The notes: generated from the sequence alone by a model not told the origin. A DNA stretch of 51,152 nucleotides from a virus (IMGVR_UViG_3300044822_000018:1-51152), one strand, 5' to 3'. Shown: positions 26,938 to 36,882, counted from the first letter of the stretch. Made by a program: numbers and translations.

Positions 26938-27230
26938 ACGACGACACGATCCGCGTAAAGAACGCGCTTGCGCTCAAACTCGCGCTTGAAAATGCGTACC
27001 ACGCGCAACCCGACGTTACCGAGATATACGACTTGGTGAACTGCGCTTTTGACGCCCTCATCGCAGCCACGCCGCAAGAACAGCCGCCCGAGATTAGTCC
27101 ATGTGACGATTGTGGTTACTGCAATAATCCAACTTCGCCCGAGGCGCACAATCACGGGCCTTGCTTCAACTGCTACTGCCCTTCACATAAAGCCCATTAT
27201 ATAGCGCCCGAGAGCGAGGCAAAGCCATGA
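26934..27230 (+). CDS. Cys-rich hypothetical protein
   Basis: MNDDTIRV...CDDCGYC...CFNCYC; ATGA overlaps. Confidence 0.6.
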   Translation: MNDDTIRVKNALALKLALENAYHAQPDVTEIYDLVNCAFDALIAATPQEQPPEISPCDDCGYCNNPTSPEAHNHGPCFNCYCPSHKAHYIAPESEAKP

Positions 27231-27505
27231 ACGACGAACAGGCTATTTTTAGACGCAGACCTGTTTGGCGCTGTGTAAACTGCTCGCATTTAAGTCTACG
27301 TGTTGACGAAAGTCAACTGTGCGACGCCTGTTCTGCCAGGGCCAATTTACTGCGCGGAATAAAATGCTCGCTGCTCTTGATCGCGATGTACGTGTCCGTC
27401 ATCGTCGGACTACTCAATTTAGACACTGGCGTAGTGACGTTGTTTTGTGCTATGATTTTTGGCATGAGCGTAATATATTTTAACTCACTACTCACACACA
27501 AATGA
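27227..27505 (+). CDS. zinc-finger membrane protein
   Basis: CVNC...CDAC followed by two hydrophobic segments. Confidence 0.6.
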   Translation: MNDEQAIFRRRPVWRCVNCSHLSLRVDESQLCDACSARANLLRGIKCSLLLIAMYVSVIVGLLNLDTGVVTLFCAMIFGMSVIYFNSLLTHK

Positions 27506-28290
27506 TCTACTTGCTCGACGCCGATCAGAACGGCTCAGACTCGATTCAGCACCTTGTTGACTCCGGCAAAATTAAATACTTGCCTATGTCAACTTTTCAA
27601 GTGTTCGACAAAACAGTTAAAGAACTGTTGCCTGTTGTGGGACCTGATGACTTAGTCATCATCGACACAATAGGCTCGCTTTTTGAAACTACGCGAGGGG
27701 ACGCAAAACTTGGAACTGACGTATCGGTTGACCTATGGACGCTACGGGGAAAGTACCTAGACGGGGACAAGAACTATCTCACCGTCTACTCTTTGGCAGG
27801 TGATACGATTATACGTCGGATTAAAAATCTCAGGGCAAGGGGTGCGAGAATTATTACTACGTCGCATGAGTCCGAGAAACAAGACCCTACGGACTTGATG
27901 AAAAAGCGCGCACCGGCTCTGAGTGACGCGCTCTATAAGTCAATCATGGCGAACACGTCCGACGTTGTGCGCCTGTCGGAAATTATCGACCCAATCTTAA
28001 ACGAGGATGGTAGTGTCAAGGTACCGAGTGGGACACGAATCTTACAACTCCGTAAAACGGAGGAAGCCGTCGCTAAGTACCACGTCTTGCCGGAGGTTTC
28101 TGACCGAATCAAAAGGTTATTGCGACTACCTTCGAGAAGTGGTTTGTATACTTACTACGCGCATGTCCAAAAACGTCCAACCTGGTTACACATATACGGA
28201 CCGCCAGGAGTAGGTAAAACCGCGCTTTCTGCTTCAGAAGCCGAAACTCCAAACCCACAACACACAACACCAAATCAAGAAAGCGACTAA
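27502..28290 (+). CDS. Sak4/AAA_24-like P-loop ATPase, apparently circularly permuted
   Basis: N-terminal YLLDAD, Walker B LVIIDTIG, IITTSHE; Walker A HIYGPPGVGKT at the C-terminus; lies between Cas4-like and SSB-like genes. Confidence 0.75.
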   Translation: MIYLLDADQNGSDSIQHLVDSGKIKYLPMSTFQVFDKTVKELLPVVGPDDLVIIDTIGSLFETTRGDAKLGTDVSVDLWTLRGKYLDGDKNYLTVYSLAGDTIIRRIKNLRARGARIITTSHESEKQDPTDLMKKRAPALSDALYKSIMANTSDVVRLSEIIDPILNEDGSVKVPSGTRILQLRKTEEAVAKYHVLPEVSDRIKRLLRLPSRSGLYTYYAHVQKRPTWLHIYGPPGVGKTALSASEAETPNPQHTTPNQESD

Positions 28291-28291
28291 C

Positions 28292-28819
28292 ATGGCCGAA
28301 GAAATGTTCACAGTAGACGAAATCACGATCATCAACGAACAAGTGCCTGTTGGTGATTACAAAGCGCGCTTGGTCGATGCAACCGGCGAGCTTTCCAAGA
28401 GCAAACAAAAGCCCACGGTCTACGCGACCTGGGAAATCGTGGCGGGCGAACACGAAGGCAAAGAAACCCGCTCGTTCTACTCTCTAGCCGTGACGCGCAA
28501 ACAAAACAAGAAAGGCGTCATGCAGACCTACGCGGGCGGCATCGCCGACTACACCGCCGCGATGCGCCTCGTAAAGCCGCAATTCAACGGAACCTGGCCG
28601 GTCAACCCGACGCTCGAACTGGCCGAACAAGCCGCCGTTGGCTTCAAGAAGGCGTTCTCGGGCAAGGTCGTTAATCTCAAAGTCATGCCGAATAACTACA
28701 CCGATGATTCGGGCCAAGCTGTCAACGGAACGCGCGTCAAAGTCATCGGGACAGGCGGCGGTGTGCCTGTTGCTGCTGCCGCAGTTAAAAGCGGCGTAGA
28801 TATGTTCGACGATCTATGA
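28292..28819 (+). CDS. phage ssDNA-binding protein (DUF669-like)
   Basis: VPVGDYKARL...WEIVAGEHEGK; acidic aromatic tail DMFDDL. Confidence 0.7.
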   Translation: MAEEMFTVDEITIINEQVPVGDYKARLVDATGELSKSKQKPTVYATWEIVAGEHEGKETRSFYSLAVTRKQNKKGVMQTYAGGIADYTAAMRLVKPQFNGTWPVNPTLELAEQAAVGFKKAFSGKVVNLKVMPNNYTDDSGQAVNGTRVKVIGTGGGVPVAAAAVKSGVDMFDDL

Positions 28820-29172
28820 CCGAAGCGCAGTTAAAAACCGGGCTTTGTGCAAAACTAAAGGCCGCTTACCCAGCGGCCTTCTTTTTTAGAACAGGAGCGG
28901 GCGCGTTCGCGATGGCAGGTTTGCCGGATATTATAGGCATCGTGTTTGGCCGGTTTGTCGGCATCGAGGCTAAACGGCCAGGCAAATACTCAACACCCTT
29001 AAAAGGCTGTACGCCAGCACAGCTTCATGTGCGCGATTTAATCTTTCGCGCAGGCGGCATTTGGCTGGCGACAGACGACATTGACGACTGTTTAGTTAGA
29101 CTCAAAAAAGCGTTGTACTCGTGTGGCGCGTCTGTCAACGATGAAGAAAAAACGCCAATAGGATCGTTGTAA
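28816..29172 (+). CDS. VRR-NUC nuclease / Holliday junction resolvase
   Basis: MTEAQL...GLPDI...FVGIEAKRP...TPAQ. Confidence 0.85.
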   Translation: MTEAQLKTGLCAKLKAAYPAAFFFRTGAGAFAMAGLPDIIGIVFGRFVGIEAKRPGKYSTPLKGCTPAQLHVRDLIFRAGGIWLATDDIDDCLVRLKKALYSCGASVNDEEKTPIGSL

Positions 29173-29434
29173 TAACGCCCAACATTGGCAGCACGTAGCC
29201 GGGAAGCTGGTTCGACGTAAGTCGTTCCAGCTTCTTGTTTACTTCATCGCGCCAGTTCTTTTCGATTGTCCAATGTAGCTCTTGCTCTTGACGCGGAACG
29301 AGGTTTTGAACATTGGCCTTTAATTCGTTGACGTTTTGACTCACAGCGCGCACGTCCTCTTTGGTTGCGAACAAGTTGATGGCCTCTCTATAGGTCAAGT
29401 ACTTGTCATCTTGGCTTCCCTGTTCGTGTATCAT
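29135..29434 (-). CDS. coiled-coil protein with C-terminal TM, possible lysis accessory
   Basis: AAGGGAG RBS before MIHEQ; ends YVLPMLGVITTILLAFFLHR. Confidence 0.55.
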   Translation of the reverse strand: MIHEQGSQDDKYLTYREAINLFATKEDVRAVSQNVNELKANVQNLVPRQEQELHWTIEKNWRDEVNKKLERLTSNQLPGYVLPMLGVITTILLAFFLHR

Positions 29435-29444
29435 TAAAACTCCC

Positions 29445-31826
29445 TTATTGGGATTCCCTACTGATCGTCCGATCAGTTCTCGCGGCGGCTTTGGCACTAC
29501 GCGGCTTCTGCGAGTGCAAGCCAAAAACTTGAAGTAGCATTTCATGCAAAAGAGAATGTGGACCGCTTAACGCGGTAGGACCATACGGCTGAAAAATTGC
29601 GTCTTTGCGATGAAGAAATTCTTGGCCGACGACGTTTGCGGCGTTCATGCCTAAACTTGCGCCGGGAACAGTATTTTCGATAAACTGTTCGCCCATGCTA
29701 ACAGGCGACGTGCCGTGCGGATTCTTCGCGTCTATCTCGGCTCCAAGCGCCGCGCCAACTGGCCCTGCCGTCGCGCCCGAGGCGAAGTAATCAGCCTGGT
29801 TAAAATAACCCTCGGCGGCGTCTTTGACCGGGCCGCCTATCACAATCTCGCTATTGTGCTTGCGGTCGGTAAGCGCGTCTTGAGCCTTGATGATCGACTC
29901 AGGGTAAAACGGACGCGCGCGAATGGCTCGGCCAACGGCGCTAGGAACGGTTCCAACTCGAAAGGCGACAAACGGACCGCCAAGAGCTTGCAACGCGCTC
30001 ACAAAGGCGCTGACGTTGCGATAATCGCCCAGGTCGCGGTTAATATGATCGGCAATTTGGTAGTCGCGCGCAATTTCGTGCCCCGGCAACGCTTTGGGCA
30101 AAAACGAATCGTAGTGTTCGTAAAGCGCCTGACGATAGCCGAGTTCAAGCCTGTTGAGTATGTTCGAGTCAATTTTACCAACCTGGCTAATGCCAAGCGG
30201 GCCTTTGATGCTTGAGATATAATCAGCGTGCAAGCCTAAGTCTGACATACGTGCTAACTGTTGCGCGTCCAGACCGCGAAACGCATAGGCCAGGCCCTTG
30301 CCGAACGCAACAGGTCCGCCGCTGATATACGCCAGCATACCCACGTTGCGAAGTCCGTGCGGCAACGGGTCGAGCATAACAGAGTTGCGACCTGCGCCTC
30401 GCGCGAAGCCTGCCAGTTTATCTATCGGTCCGCCTGCAGGGCCAATAGTAACGCGCTTGGGTCCAAAAGACAGGCTCTGGACTGTTTGATTTGCCTGTCT
30501 GTCGCGTTCGGCTTGAGTTGCGTTGGCCCAATCAAAGTCTTTGATGCCGCCGTGATTAGCCAAAAAGTCGCGTGTTTCTCGCGTAATCAAGCCGTGCGCT
30601 ACGTCTGTTCGCGTGTTATCTAGGTGCTGTTTCCAGATTTGAAATTCGTCCGCGCCTGGTGCAGTTAGACGAGTCTGCAAGTCCTGCATCGCGTTGTGAA
30701 CGTCGTATTTGCTTGTACCCAGAGGCGCGGTAGAGTCTTGACGCAAAAAATAGTCGTTGCCGTGCAATTTGCGCGTTAGTTGCTCGTAGCCAAGATTCAT
30801 CGCCTGTGCGCGCATCTGTTGATTGCCGTAAACAAACGCATGTTCAAGCACGCGCTGTCTAAGCGGATCGACGTTAAGACCCTGGCCTTTGACGGCGGCC
30901 TTGTTTTGCTCTAACAGTTCTTTGTCTTTTTGCATTGCAGGACGAATAAACTTGTTAGAGATTTTGTTTTCGATGCCCATGCGCGCAGTTTTGCCCACGT
31001 CGCCGGTTAGATATTTGTCTAGTTCGGGCCGACGGCCAAAATACTGCCCGCCTGTTTTTACTACGTCTTTGCCCAGAGTTTGTATTGAAGTCAAAACCGG
31101 GGCAAGTGCTTTGCTGCCAGGTACGATAGCCGCTATGCCGCTAGCCGCCTGTTGAACGTGTCCTGCGAGATTAGCCATGTCAGCAAGTTTGCTAACTGGC
31201 CCTGCCCAAAAGAGCGGATCGACGATAAGATTTGTGCCAAATTTAAGCACGCCGTGAACTATGGGATGATTTTTCTTGCCTGTTACATGGTCATCTAAGT
31301 ATTCGTTAAAATAATCGACGCCCAGTTTTCGCATAACGGTGTCTAGGTTTTTGCCAACTTTGGCTGTATCGAACGGATGTACTGCGTTGTCGATGCCGTT
31401 TCTGACGATCTTGACTACGTCTGGGTGGCTAGGATCAAACGCTGCGATGCCGCCTTGTAGCGCGCGACCGGGCGCGCCCAGTACCGCGTCGAGCCCGCCA
31501 AGCGTGTCGTTCCAAGCGTGCGCCATGAACTGTTCGCCGCCTGTGACGCCTTGCGCCACGGCGTGCGTCGCCGCTCCAAAAAACTTTTGCGCTTGATTCT
31601 GGGCGTGAACGTGCGGCGATGGCGTCTTACGAATGGCGCTATCGTCGTGGAACTGAGTTGGCGGCGGCGGCGTGGGCAGCTTGGACGCGCCAGGGGGTTG
31701 TGCAGGCTGACTGTCCTGACCAGACGGCGCAGCATCGACAAAACCCTTAGGGGCTGTTGTAGGAGCGTCGTCAACAAAGCCATGTTTGGGCGCAGGCGTT
31801 GTTACGGACTCGTCCACGAACGGCAT
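29445..31826 (-). CDS. large internal virion / ejection protein
   Basis: 793 aa, A/G-rich, N-terminal (G)FVD repeats; last large gene of a podoviral structural arm. Confidence 0.6.
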   Translation of the reverse strand: MPFVDESVTTPAPKHGFVDDAPTTAPKGFVDAAPSGQDSQPAQPPGASKLPTPPPPTQFHDDSAIRKTPSPHVHAQNQAQKFFGAATHAVAQGVTGGEQFMAHAWNDTLGGLDAVLGAPGRALQGGIAAFDPSHPDVVKIVRNGIDNAVHPFDTAKVGKNLDTVMRKLGVDYFNEYLDDHVTGKKNHPIVHGVLKFGTNLIVDPLFWAGPVSKLADMANLAGHVQQAASGIAAIVPGSKALAPVLTSIQTLGKDVVKTGGQYFGRRPELDKYLTGDVGKTARMGIENKISNKFIRPAMQKDKELLEQNKAAVKGQGLNVDPLRQRVLEHAFVYGNQQMRAQAMNLGYEQLTRKLHGNDYFLRQDSTAPLGTSKYDVHNAMQDLQTRLTAPGADEFQIWKQHLDNTRTDVAHGLITRETRDFLANHGGIKDFDWANATQAERDRQANQTVQSLSFGPKRVTIGPAGGPIDKLAGFARGAGRNSVMLDPLPHGLRNVGMLAYISGGPVAFGKGLAYAFRGLDAQQLARMSDLGLHADYISSIKGPLGISQVGKIDSNILNRLELGYRQALYEHYDSFLPKALPGHEIARDYQIADHINRDLGDYRNVSAFVSALQALGGPFVAFRVGTVPSAVGRAIRARPFYPESIIKAQDALTDRKHNSEIVIGGPVKDAAEGYFNQADYFASGATAGPVGAALGAEIDAKNPHGTSPVSMGEQFIENTVPGASLGMNAANVVGQEFLHRKDAIFQPYGPTALSGPHSLLHEMLLQVFGLHSQKPRSAKAAARTDRTISRESQ

Positions 31827-33253
31827 TAGTTACGCCACGTTCTAGTAGTTTTTCCGTCCGAAACTTCAAATGTACCGTCAGCGTTTTTGCTAACTGTGCG
31901 CCATCCCGCAGGTAAACCTACAGCCCCGCCGCTGTTGTTTTTACTAGGCGCGTCTTGTCCAGGTACGACTTGAACTTTGTGACCTGTTGTTGCCGACAAA
32001 GAATTGTCTTGCGCTGTACCGATAGCTTGAAGGGCTGCTGCCTGTTTAGTAACTAAATCTTCGTATTTGCTCGCAAGTGTCGGCACGGCTTGGCCGGTGT
32101 CGGGGTCTGTATAATTGGGGTCGAGTTCGCGCACTATATCGTCAGGGACTTCTTTACCGGCGGCGATATAATTGCGAGCCTGACTGTTGAGAAAGTCTAA
32201 CTGTTGCTTCATCAAGCTCGTTGTTTGTTTTAGGCCGTAATTGCCTTCGAGTTCTTGCTGGTATTGCCACTTGTTTAAGCTAATCTGTCCGTTTTTTTCG
32301 TAAACAGCTAGGCGGCGTTCGGCCATGCTCGCAGCGTTTTGCGCTATATTTATGCGTTGTTGCGTTGCCTGTTCCATTATTTGATCGTGTCTGCTTTTGC
32401 GCGCCTCACCCAAACCAAATTCGCGCGTTTTTTCGACTAAAGCACGGTTTTTATATTTCATCTCGTCATCGAACTGAAAACCCAGGCGTTTTAGTCTGTC
32501 GATTTTTGCTTGTTCGGCCTGTCCTATTAAGCCTTGTGAGTACGCGCTTTTAGGATCAACGAGTTCGTTGTAGTTATACATGGGCGGTTCGCCGCCGTTA
32601 GACACAAAAGCGGCGTTACTCGGTCCCATGTTTTTAATTTGCTGCACGAAGTTCTTGTACGGCACGACGCCTTTGGACACGTTTTCTTGCAAACTGTCCA
32701 TGTTGCGCCGGATCGTATCGGCTTGGGCGCTATTAAGCGCGGGCAAAACTTGGGCTTCGCCCATAAGTTGCTGCTTTTGCTCGGGCGAGCCGCCATAGGC
32801 ATCGACTTTAGCTTTGCGCTGCGGCGAGTTAGGAGGCCAGGCTAGGATGCTGTCGCGCTCTTGGGGCGAGATTTGGCTTATGTCGGGCATTGGTTGGGCC
32901 GTAAACTGCGCCCAGTTGTAGATTTTGGTACCGTTGGGACCATCTTCAGCCGGAGGTGGGTCAATGCCGTACTTGCGGAACTTTGCTAACAACAAGTCCG
33001 TATACTTAGGTTGTTGCAACTGTTCGGGTTTAAGCTGACTTAAAGTCGTGTTAATGTCTTGTATGCCAGCTTGACGTTGACTTTGCTGCAAGTCAAACTG
33101 TTGGCGCTGCATTTGGAGTTTTTGCAGAGCTAGTTGGTTTTGGTTTTGCTGCATGAGCATATTGCGATCTTGCCGCTGCTCGGATGCTTGTTTAGCCTGA
33201 TTGGCTCCCTGGGCAAGACCAGCTAGTATGCCTAAGATTGGATTAAAAGACAT
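31826..33253 (-). CDS. internal virion / ejection protein
   Basis: ILGILAGLAQG amphipathic start then Q-rich coiled coil. Confidence 0.6.
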   Translation of the reverse strand: MSFNPILGILAGLAQGANQAKQASEQRQDRNMLMQQNQNQLALQKLQMQRQQFDLQQSQRQAGIQDINTTLSQLKPEQLQQPKYTDLLLAKFRKYGIDPPPAEDGPNGTKIYNWAQFTAQPMPDISQISPQERDSILAWPPNSPQRKAKVDAYGGSPEQKQQLMGEAQVLPALNSAQADTIRRNMDSLQENVSKGVVPYKNFVQQIKNMGPSNAAFVSNGGEPPMYNYNELVDPKSAYSQGLIGQAEQAKIDRLKRLGFQFDDEMKYKNRALVEKTREFGLGEARKSRHDQIMEQATQQRINIAQNAASMAERRLAVYEKNGQISLNKWQYQQELEGNYGLKQTTSLMKQQLDFLNSQARNYIAAGKEVPDDIVRELDPNYTDPDTGQAVPTLASKYEDLVTKQAAALQAIGTAQDNSLSATTGHKVQVVPGQDAPSKNNSGGAVGLPAGWRTVSKNADGTFEVSDGKTTRTWRN

Positions 33254-33256
33254 TGT

Positions 33257-34588
33257 TCACTCCAGCAGCCCAGGCGGGCACCAAAAACCGGAAGCAAGCA
33301 TCGAATCCCCATCTTTAAGGATACAATCCGCTGCATCCGTTCGGTACTGTAACCCTGGCGCATCAATTTTTTTCGCGGTATCTAACGCACTAGAGTTTAA
33401 CTCCGAAAGAGAATCGCCAATATGAATAGCAAGTCCAACGATGCCCTCGGGACTCGCGACGTGCAGCCCTTTGACGGAATCGAAAGCGAGTTCATAGGGC
33501 AAGAAATCACCGCCGATCAAATCATCGACTTTGATGCCGCGCACTTCAACATCGAGCGACGTGTGCTTCATCTCTCGCTTCCCATGTTCCCAAGGGTACG
33601 GTGGGATCGTTAAGCGCAATGAGAAAGCCGTTTGATTTGACCATTCGGGCAGGTCTGTACCTGTTGCCAGGGCATAAAGAAGCTGACTCGCGCTTTCCCA
33701 CAGGCACAGACTCGTCGGCTCAGAGTCATACCCAAAGCGCGGCGTCCATTCCAAGAAATACGCCTCGCCATCTTCACCGGCGATGGCGTTCATATCATAT
33801 ATGCCTGGCGGAGCCTGTTCTCGCAAGAAAACCTGTGTTAGATTGGAAAACCCAAGTTTTAGGGCTATGTCAGGCTCGTCCGCGTAGAACCATACCGCGT
33901 TAAACGCGCAACCTGTTGCGGGGCCAATGTCGTCGTTCCAGCACTTTTTGTGTTCGATTGTGCCTTCATAGGGTCCGACAAATGCACGACCGTTCCACCA
34001 GCGCGCTGTCGAAAGCGGTACGCCGTCGATCTTTTGCTGCACCATGCACTCGCCGCGCGGCCCAAAACGCCGTATAACAGAATCAAGATATTCGCTTAAC
34101 TGTTGCCCGCCTGTTGCGCTCTTAGTTGCGTCAGACTCTAAAAACCTGTCGGACTTCCAGTAGACGCTTTCTTCTTGTGGCAGTTTTTGAGCCCATTGGC
34201 GTGCCTCTTGAAATGACTTAAAGTCTACGTAGGAAGGTAAAGTTGCCCCACAGTTTTTGGCTATCTCAAAGCCGTAACTTCTATCTTTTTCGAGTTTATC
34301 GCAAAATTTACCGCCGCCTACTACCAACAGGCCCCAACGTCGCGCCTCGTCGGCCTGTTCGCCCATGCCAGAGGAATCAAACAAAACAACCGTAGGCTGA
34401 TTAGCCAACGCGCCTTGTTTGGCCCAATCGAGTAGTTTTGCCCACGTCGAACAGGTCGGCACTAAGCCAGTACCTACCTGTTGCTGTTCTTTGTCTTGGT
34501 TCCAGACAAGAACTTTGCAGCCTTCGGCTTGAAGTCTAAGCCAAAAACTAAGGCCGCACGAAAACGACGTAGCAATAGCGACGTTCAC
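33257..34588 (-). CDS. PurD-like ATP-grasp ligase
   Basis: LEKDR, MVQQKIDG, EHKKCWNDDIGPATG, YFLEWTPRFGY, LQYRTD parallel PurD motifs. Confidence 0.75.
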   Translation of the reverse strand: MNVAIATSFSCGLSFWLRLQAEGCKVLVWNQDKEQQQVGTGLVPTCSTWAKLLDWAKQGALANQPTVVLFDSSGMGEQADEARRWGLLVVGGGKFCDKLEKDRSYGFEIAKNCGATLPSYVDFKSFQEARQWAQKLPQEESVYWKSDRFLESDATKSATGGQQLSEYLDSVIRRFGPRGECMVQQKIDGVPLSTARWWNGRAFVGPYEGTIEHKKCWNDDIGPATGCAFNAVWFYADEPDIALKLGFSNLTQVFLREQAPPGIYDMNAIAGEDGEAYFLEWTPRFGYDSEPTSLCLWESASQLLYALATGTDLPEWSNQTAFSLRLTIPPYPWEHGKREMKHTSLDVEVRGIKVDDLIGGDFLPYELAFDSVKGLHVASPEGIVGLAIHIGDSLSELNSSALDTAKKIDAPGLQYRTDAADCILKDGDSMLASGFWCPPGLLE

Positions 34589-35964
34589 CCGAACAGGCTT
34601 CCCAGACCGCCCAAAATAGAGCCAATTAAGTTAAGATTGCCGGATTGCGCCTGTTGCGCCTGTTGATTGTTGTACTGTTGGCCTGCGAAGTAAGAATTAC
34701 CGGCGTTTTGCCCTGCGCCTAGAAACGAGTTGAGCGTATTTTGATCTAGTCCTAACGAGCCCAACAAGTTAGAATAAGCGTTTTCTTGCGCCGTTTGTTG
34801 TTGTCCCTGTACGTTGCCATAGATATTCGCCGCGCCGCTCTGGTCGGTAGCATACTGACTTGCTGCCTGGGACGCAAGATTGCCTGAGTCCGCGTAGGCG
34901 CTATTAGCGTTAGATTGATTTTGGTTAGCGAGTCCTCCCGCCGAACTCCAAGCGTTGTTTAGCGTGTTCTGCGAAGTGTTATACAAGCTGCCTGCGCCTT
35001 CGAGCGCGCTTTGTTGCAAGCCCGACGTAGCGTTGTAAAGATTACCCGCGCCGGATAAAGCACTTTGTTGTAGGCCCGTTACGGCGTTGCCTAGCGAGCC
35101 TGAGTTTGCAATCGCTGAGTTTTGCTGTCCTGCGTTTGCTAGGCTCATGTTGCCCGCTGCCTGTTGTGCGGTCAAGTTCTGACCGGCTAGTTGGCTTTGC
35201 AGGCTTTGCGCGGTCTGCATGTTTGAATTGGCTTGATTACCGGCGATTTGATTTATGAGCGCGCCTTGATTAGCCGTACCGCCGAGTTGGTTTTGCAGCG
35301 AGTTAAGCAAAGACGTATTGGCCGAGTTCGCGACGTTTTGGCTTGCTTGAACTTCGGGGCCTTGCGTTTGCGCGAAGTTTAACAGATTATTCGTTGCCTG
35401 GTTCGCGCCTGTTGCTTGGACGCCGCCGCCACTTAGATTTTGCGCCGCCATCGTGCCATACGGCGACGAGCCCGAATTTGCCAGCGAGCCAGCCAACGAT
35501 CCTGCGTTTGAGATATACGGCGAGTTGCTCAAAGTCGAAAGCTGACCGGCGTTCGACGCGCCTGAATCGGCGTAATACTGACTGTTGAGCAGGTTTGACT
35601 GTGCCTGGCCTGATGCTTGCGGCACTCCAGCGTTGTTATACAGCGCGTTAGTGGCGTTTTGCTGTCCTTGCGTGCCGCCTGTTCCTATAGCGCCTAAGCT
35701 ATTAGCGGCGTTAAATTGACTCGCATAGTTGCCCGCTGCCGTGTAAGGCTGTTGAATGTTCGGGCTTAAATTGTTGTATGCCTGTCCTGTCGCCCCAAGC
35801 TGATAGTTTTGCGGCTGATTTGTGCTGATTGTTTGCCCGGTGTTTGGGTTGACGCCTGTGAACGTAGCAATTTGCGAGCCAATAGAATTAACAATCGGCC
35901 CAAGGGCTTGATTCATAAGCCCCTGGTCGATATTAGCTTGGTTTTGCTGCGCTCCTCCGCCCAT
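34585..35964 (-). CDS. G/N/Q/A-rich ejection (DNA pilot-like) protein
   Basis: Starts MGGG; low complexity; C-terminal LIGSILGGLGSLFG glycine-zipper. Confidence 0.6.
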   Translation of the reverse strand: MGGGAQQNQANIDQGLMNQALGPIVNSIGSQIATFTGVNPNTGQTISTNQPQNYQLGATGQAYNNLSPNIQQPYTAAGNYASQFNAANSLGAIGTGGTQGQQNATNALYNNAGVPQASGQAQSNLLNSQYYADSGASNAGQLSTLSNSPYISNAGSLAGSLANSGSSPYGTMAAQNLSGGGVQATGANQATNNLLNFAQTQGPEVQASQNVANSANTSLLNSLQNQLGGTANQGALINQIAGNQANSNMQTAQSLQSQLAGQNLTAQQAAGNMSLANAGQQNSAIANSGSLGNAVTGLQQSALSGAGNLYNATSGLQQSALEGAGSLYNTSQNTLNNAWSSAGGLANQNQSNANSAYADSGNLASQAASQYATDQSGAANIYGNVQGQQQTAQENAYSNLLGSLGLDQNTLNSFLGAGQNAGNSYFAGQQYNNQQAQQAQSGNLNLIGSILGGLGSLFG

Positions 35965-36425
35965 TAAACTACTCCGTAAACAAAAACAAGTGCGTATAAA
36001 CTACTATGCCGAATAGGTGCTAATTTTTCTTTCTCGAAAACTTTTGCCAGGGCGTTGATGAACTCGGTATTGGCTGCAAGGACGTGACAGATAAGGCCCT
36101 TGACTTCAGTTGGGTTGTCAACCATAGCCCGTAGCATTTTAAGTGCAGCATAAGTAGCCAACACTCCAAATCGTCCTTTAACCGGGCAAACATTCATAAC
36201 CTCCAACAGATACGGACTAATCATTCTGACGTTTACGGCGATGGCTAAACGCTTGTTGTAAAACAGTCCTAGCCAGATCGAACCGTCAACAGGTACCGGA
36301 CCTCGGTTAAGCCCGAAACGCTCTCGATAACGATTTAGTAAAATCTCTGTTCGCGCGTCGTTTACCGTGTCTAGTATTACAGGTCCGTCAAATTCGACGG
36401 GCTTAGTACGAGTTGCCGTTGCCAC
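35964..36425 (-). CDS. putative GNAT-fold protein
   Basis: 153 aa; LEVMNVCP..GRFG...CHVLAAN pattern; position matches the acetyltransferase-like gene preceding podoviral ejection genes. Confidence 0.4.
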   Translation of the reverse strand: MATATRTKPVEFDGPVILDTVNDARTEILLNRYRERFGLNRGPVPVDGSIWLGLFYNKRLAIAVNVRMISPYLLEVMNVCPVKGRFGVLATYAALKMLRAMVDNPTEVKGLICHVLAANTEFINALAKVFEKEKLAPIRHSSLYALVFVYGVV

Positions 36426-36882
36426 TTGGTAGTGTCGAACTTGACGATGATCCTGGTAATGGATTTTGCGAACTCATTAGAGCTTGTATCAGCGTTGAAA
36501 TGCCGCCGCCTAGCGCGCCGTTTGAGCCGCCCATGTTCATGTTAGGTTGCGGAGCGTTTGCGCCTTGTGCGCCTTGACTCATGCCATAAGAGCCGTTGCC
36601 CATGCCCTGCGGCATCGGATTAGCGCCCTGGACGCCTTGGGTTGCCGTTCCGGCACGTTGACTTTGCTGTTGCGCTTGGTGTTGAGCCAGCATAGCCATA
36701 AGCTGCAAAAGCTCCTGACCTTGTTGGCCCTGTTGATTCGTATTTTGAGTTGCTTGACCTTGTGGTGACTGTTGCTGCGTGCCGCCAAGTTGGTTTTGGC
36801 CCGTCATGCCGTTGTTGTTGGCGGTGCCTGTTGGCGCGGTTCCGGCACTTTGCGCCTGCATTTGCTGCAAATACTGTCCCAT
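36403..36882 (-). CDS. Q/G/N/M-rich low-complexity virion-module protein
   Basis: 159 aa, AGGAG RBS, almost no charged residues. Confidence 0.6.
   Translation of the reverse strand: MGQYLQQMQAQSAGTAPTGTANNNGMTGQNQLGGTQQQSPQGQATQNTNQQGQQGQELLQLMAMLAQHQAQQQSQRAGTATQGVQGANPMPQGMGNGSYGMSQGAQGANAPQPNMNMGGSNGALGGGISTLIQALMSSQNPLPGSSSSSTLPSGNGNSY

Noticed and set aside
33257-34588. Calling the ATP-grasp gene purD (metabolic auxiliary gene)
   Set aside because: Divergent N-terminus, no other pur genes and a structural-module context; the fold is supported, the function is not.
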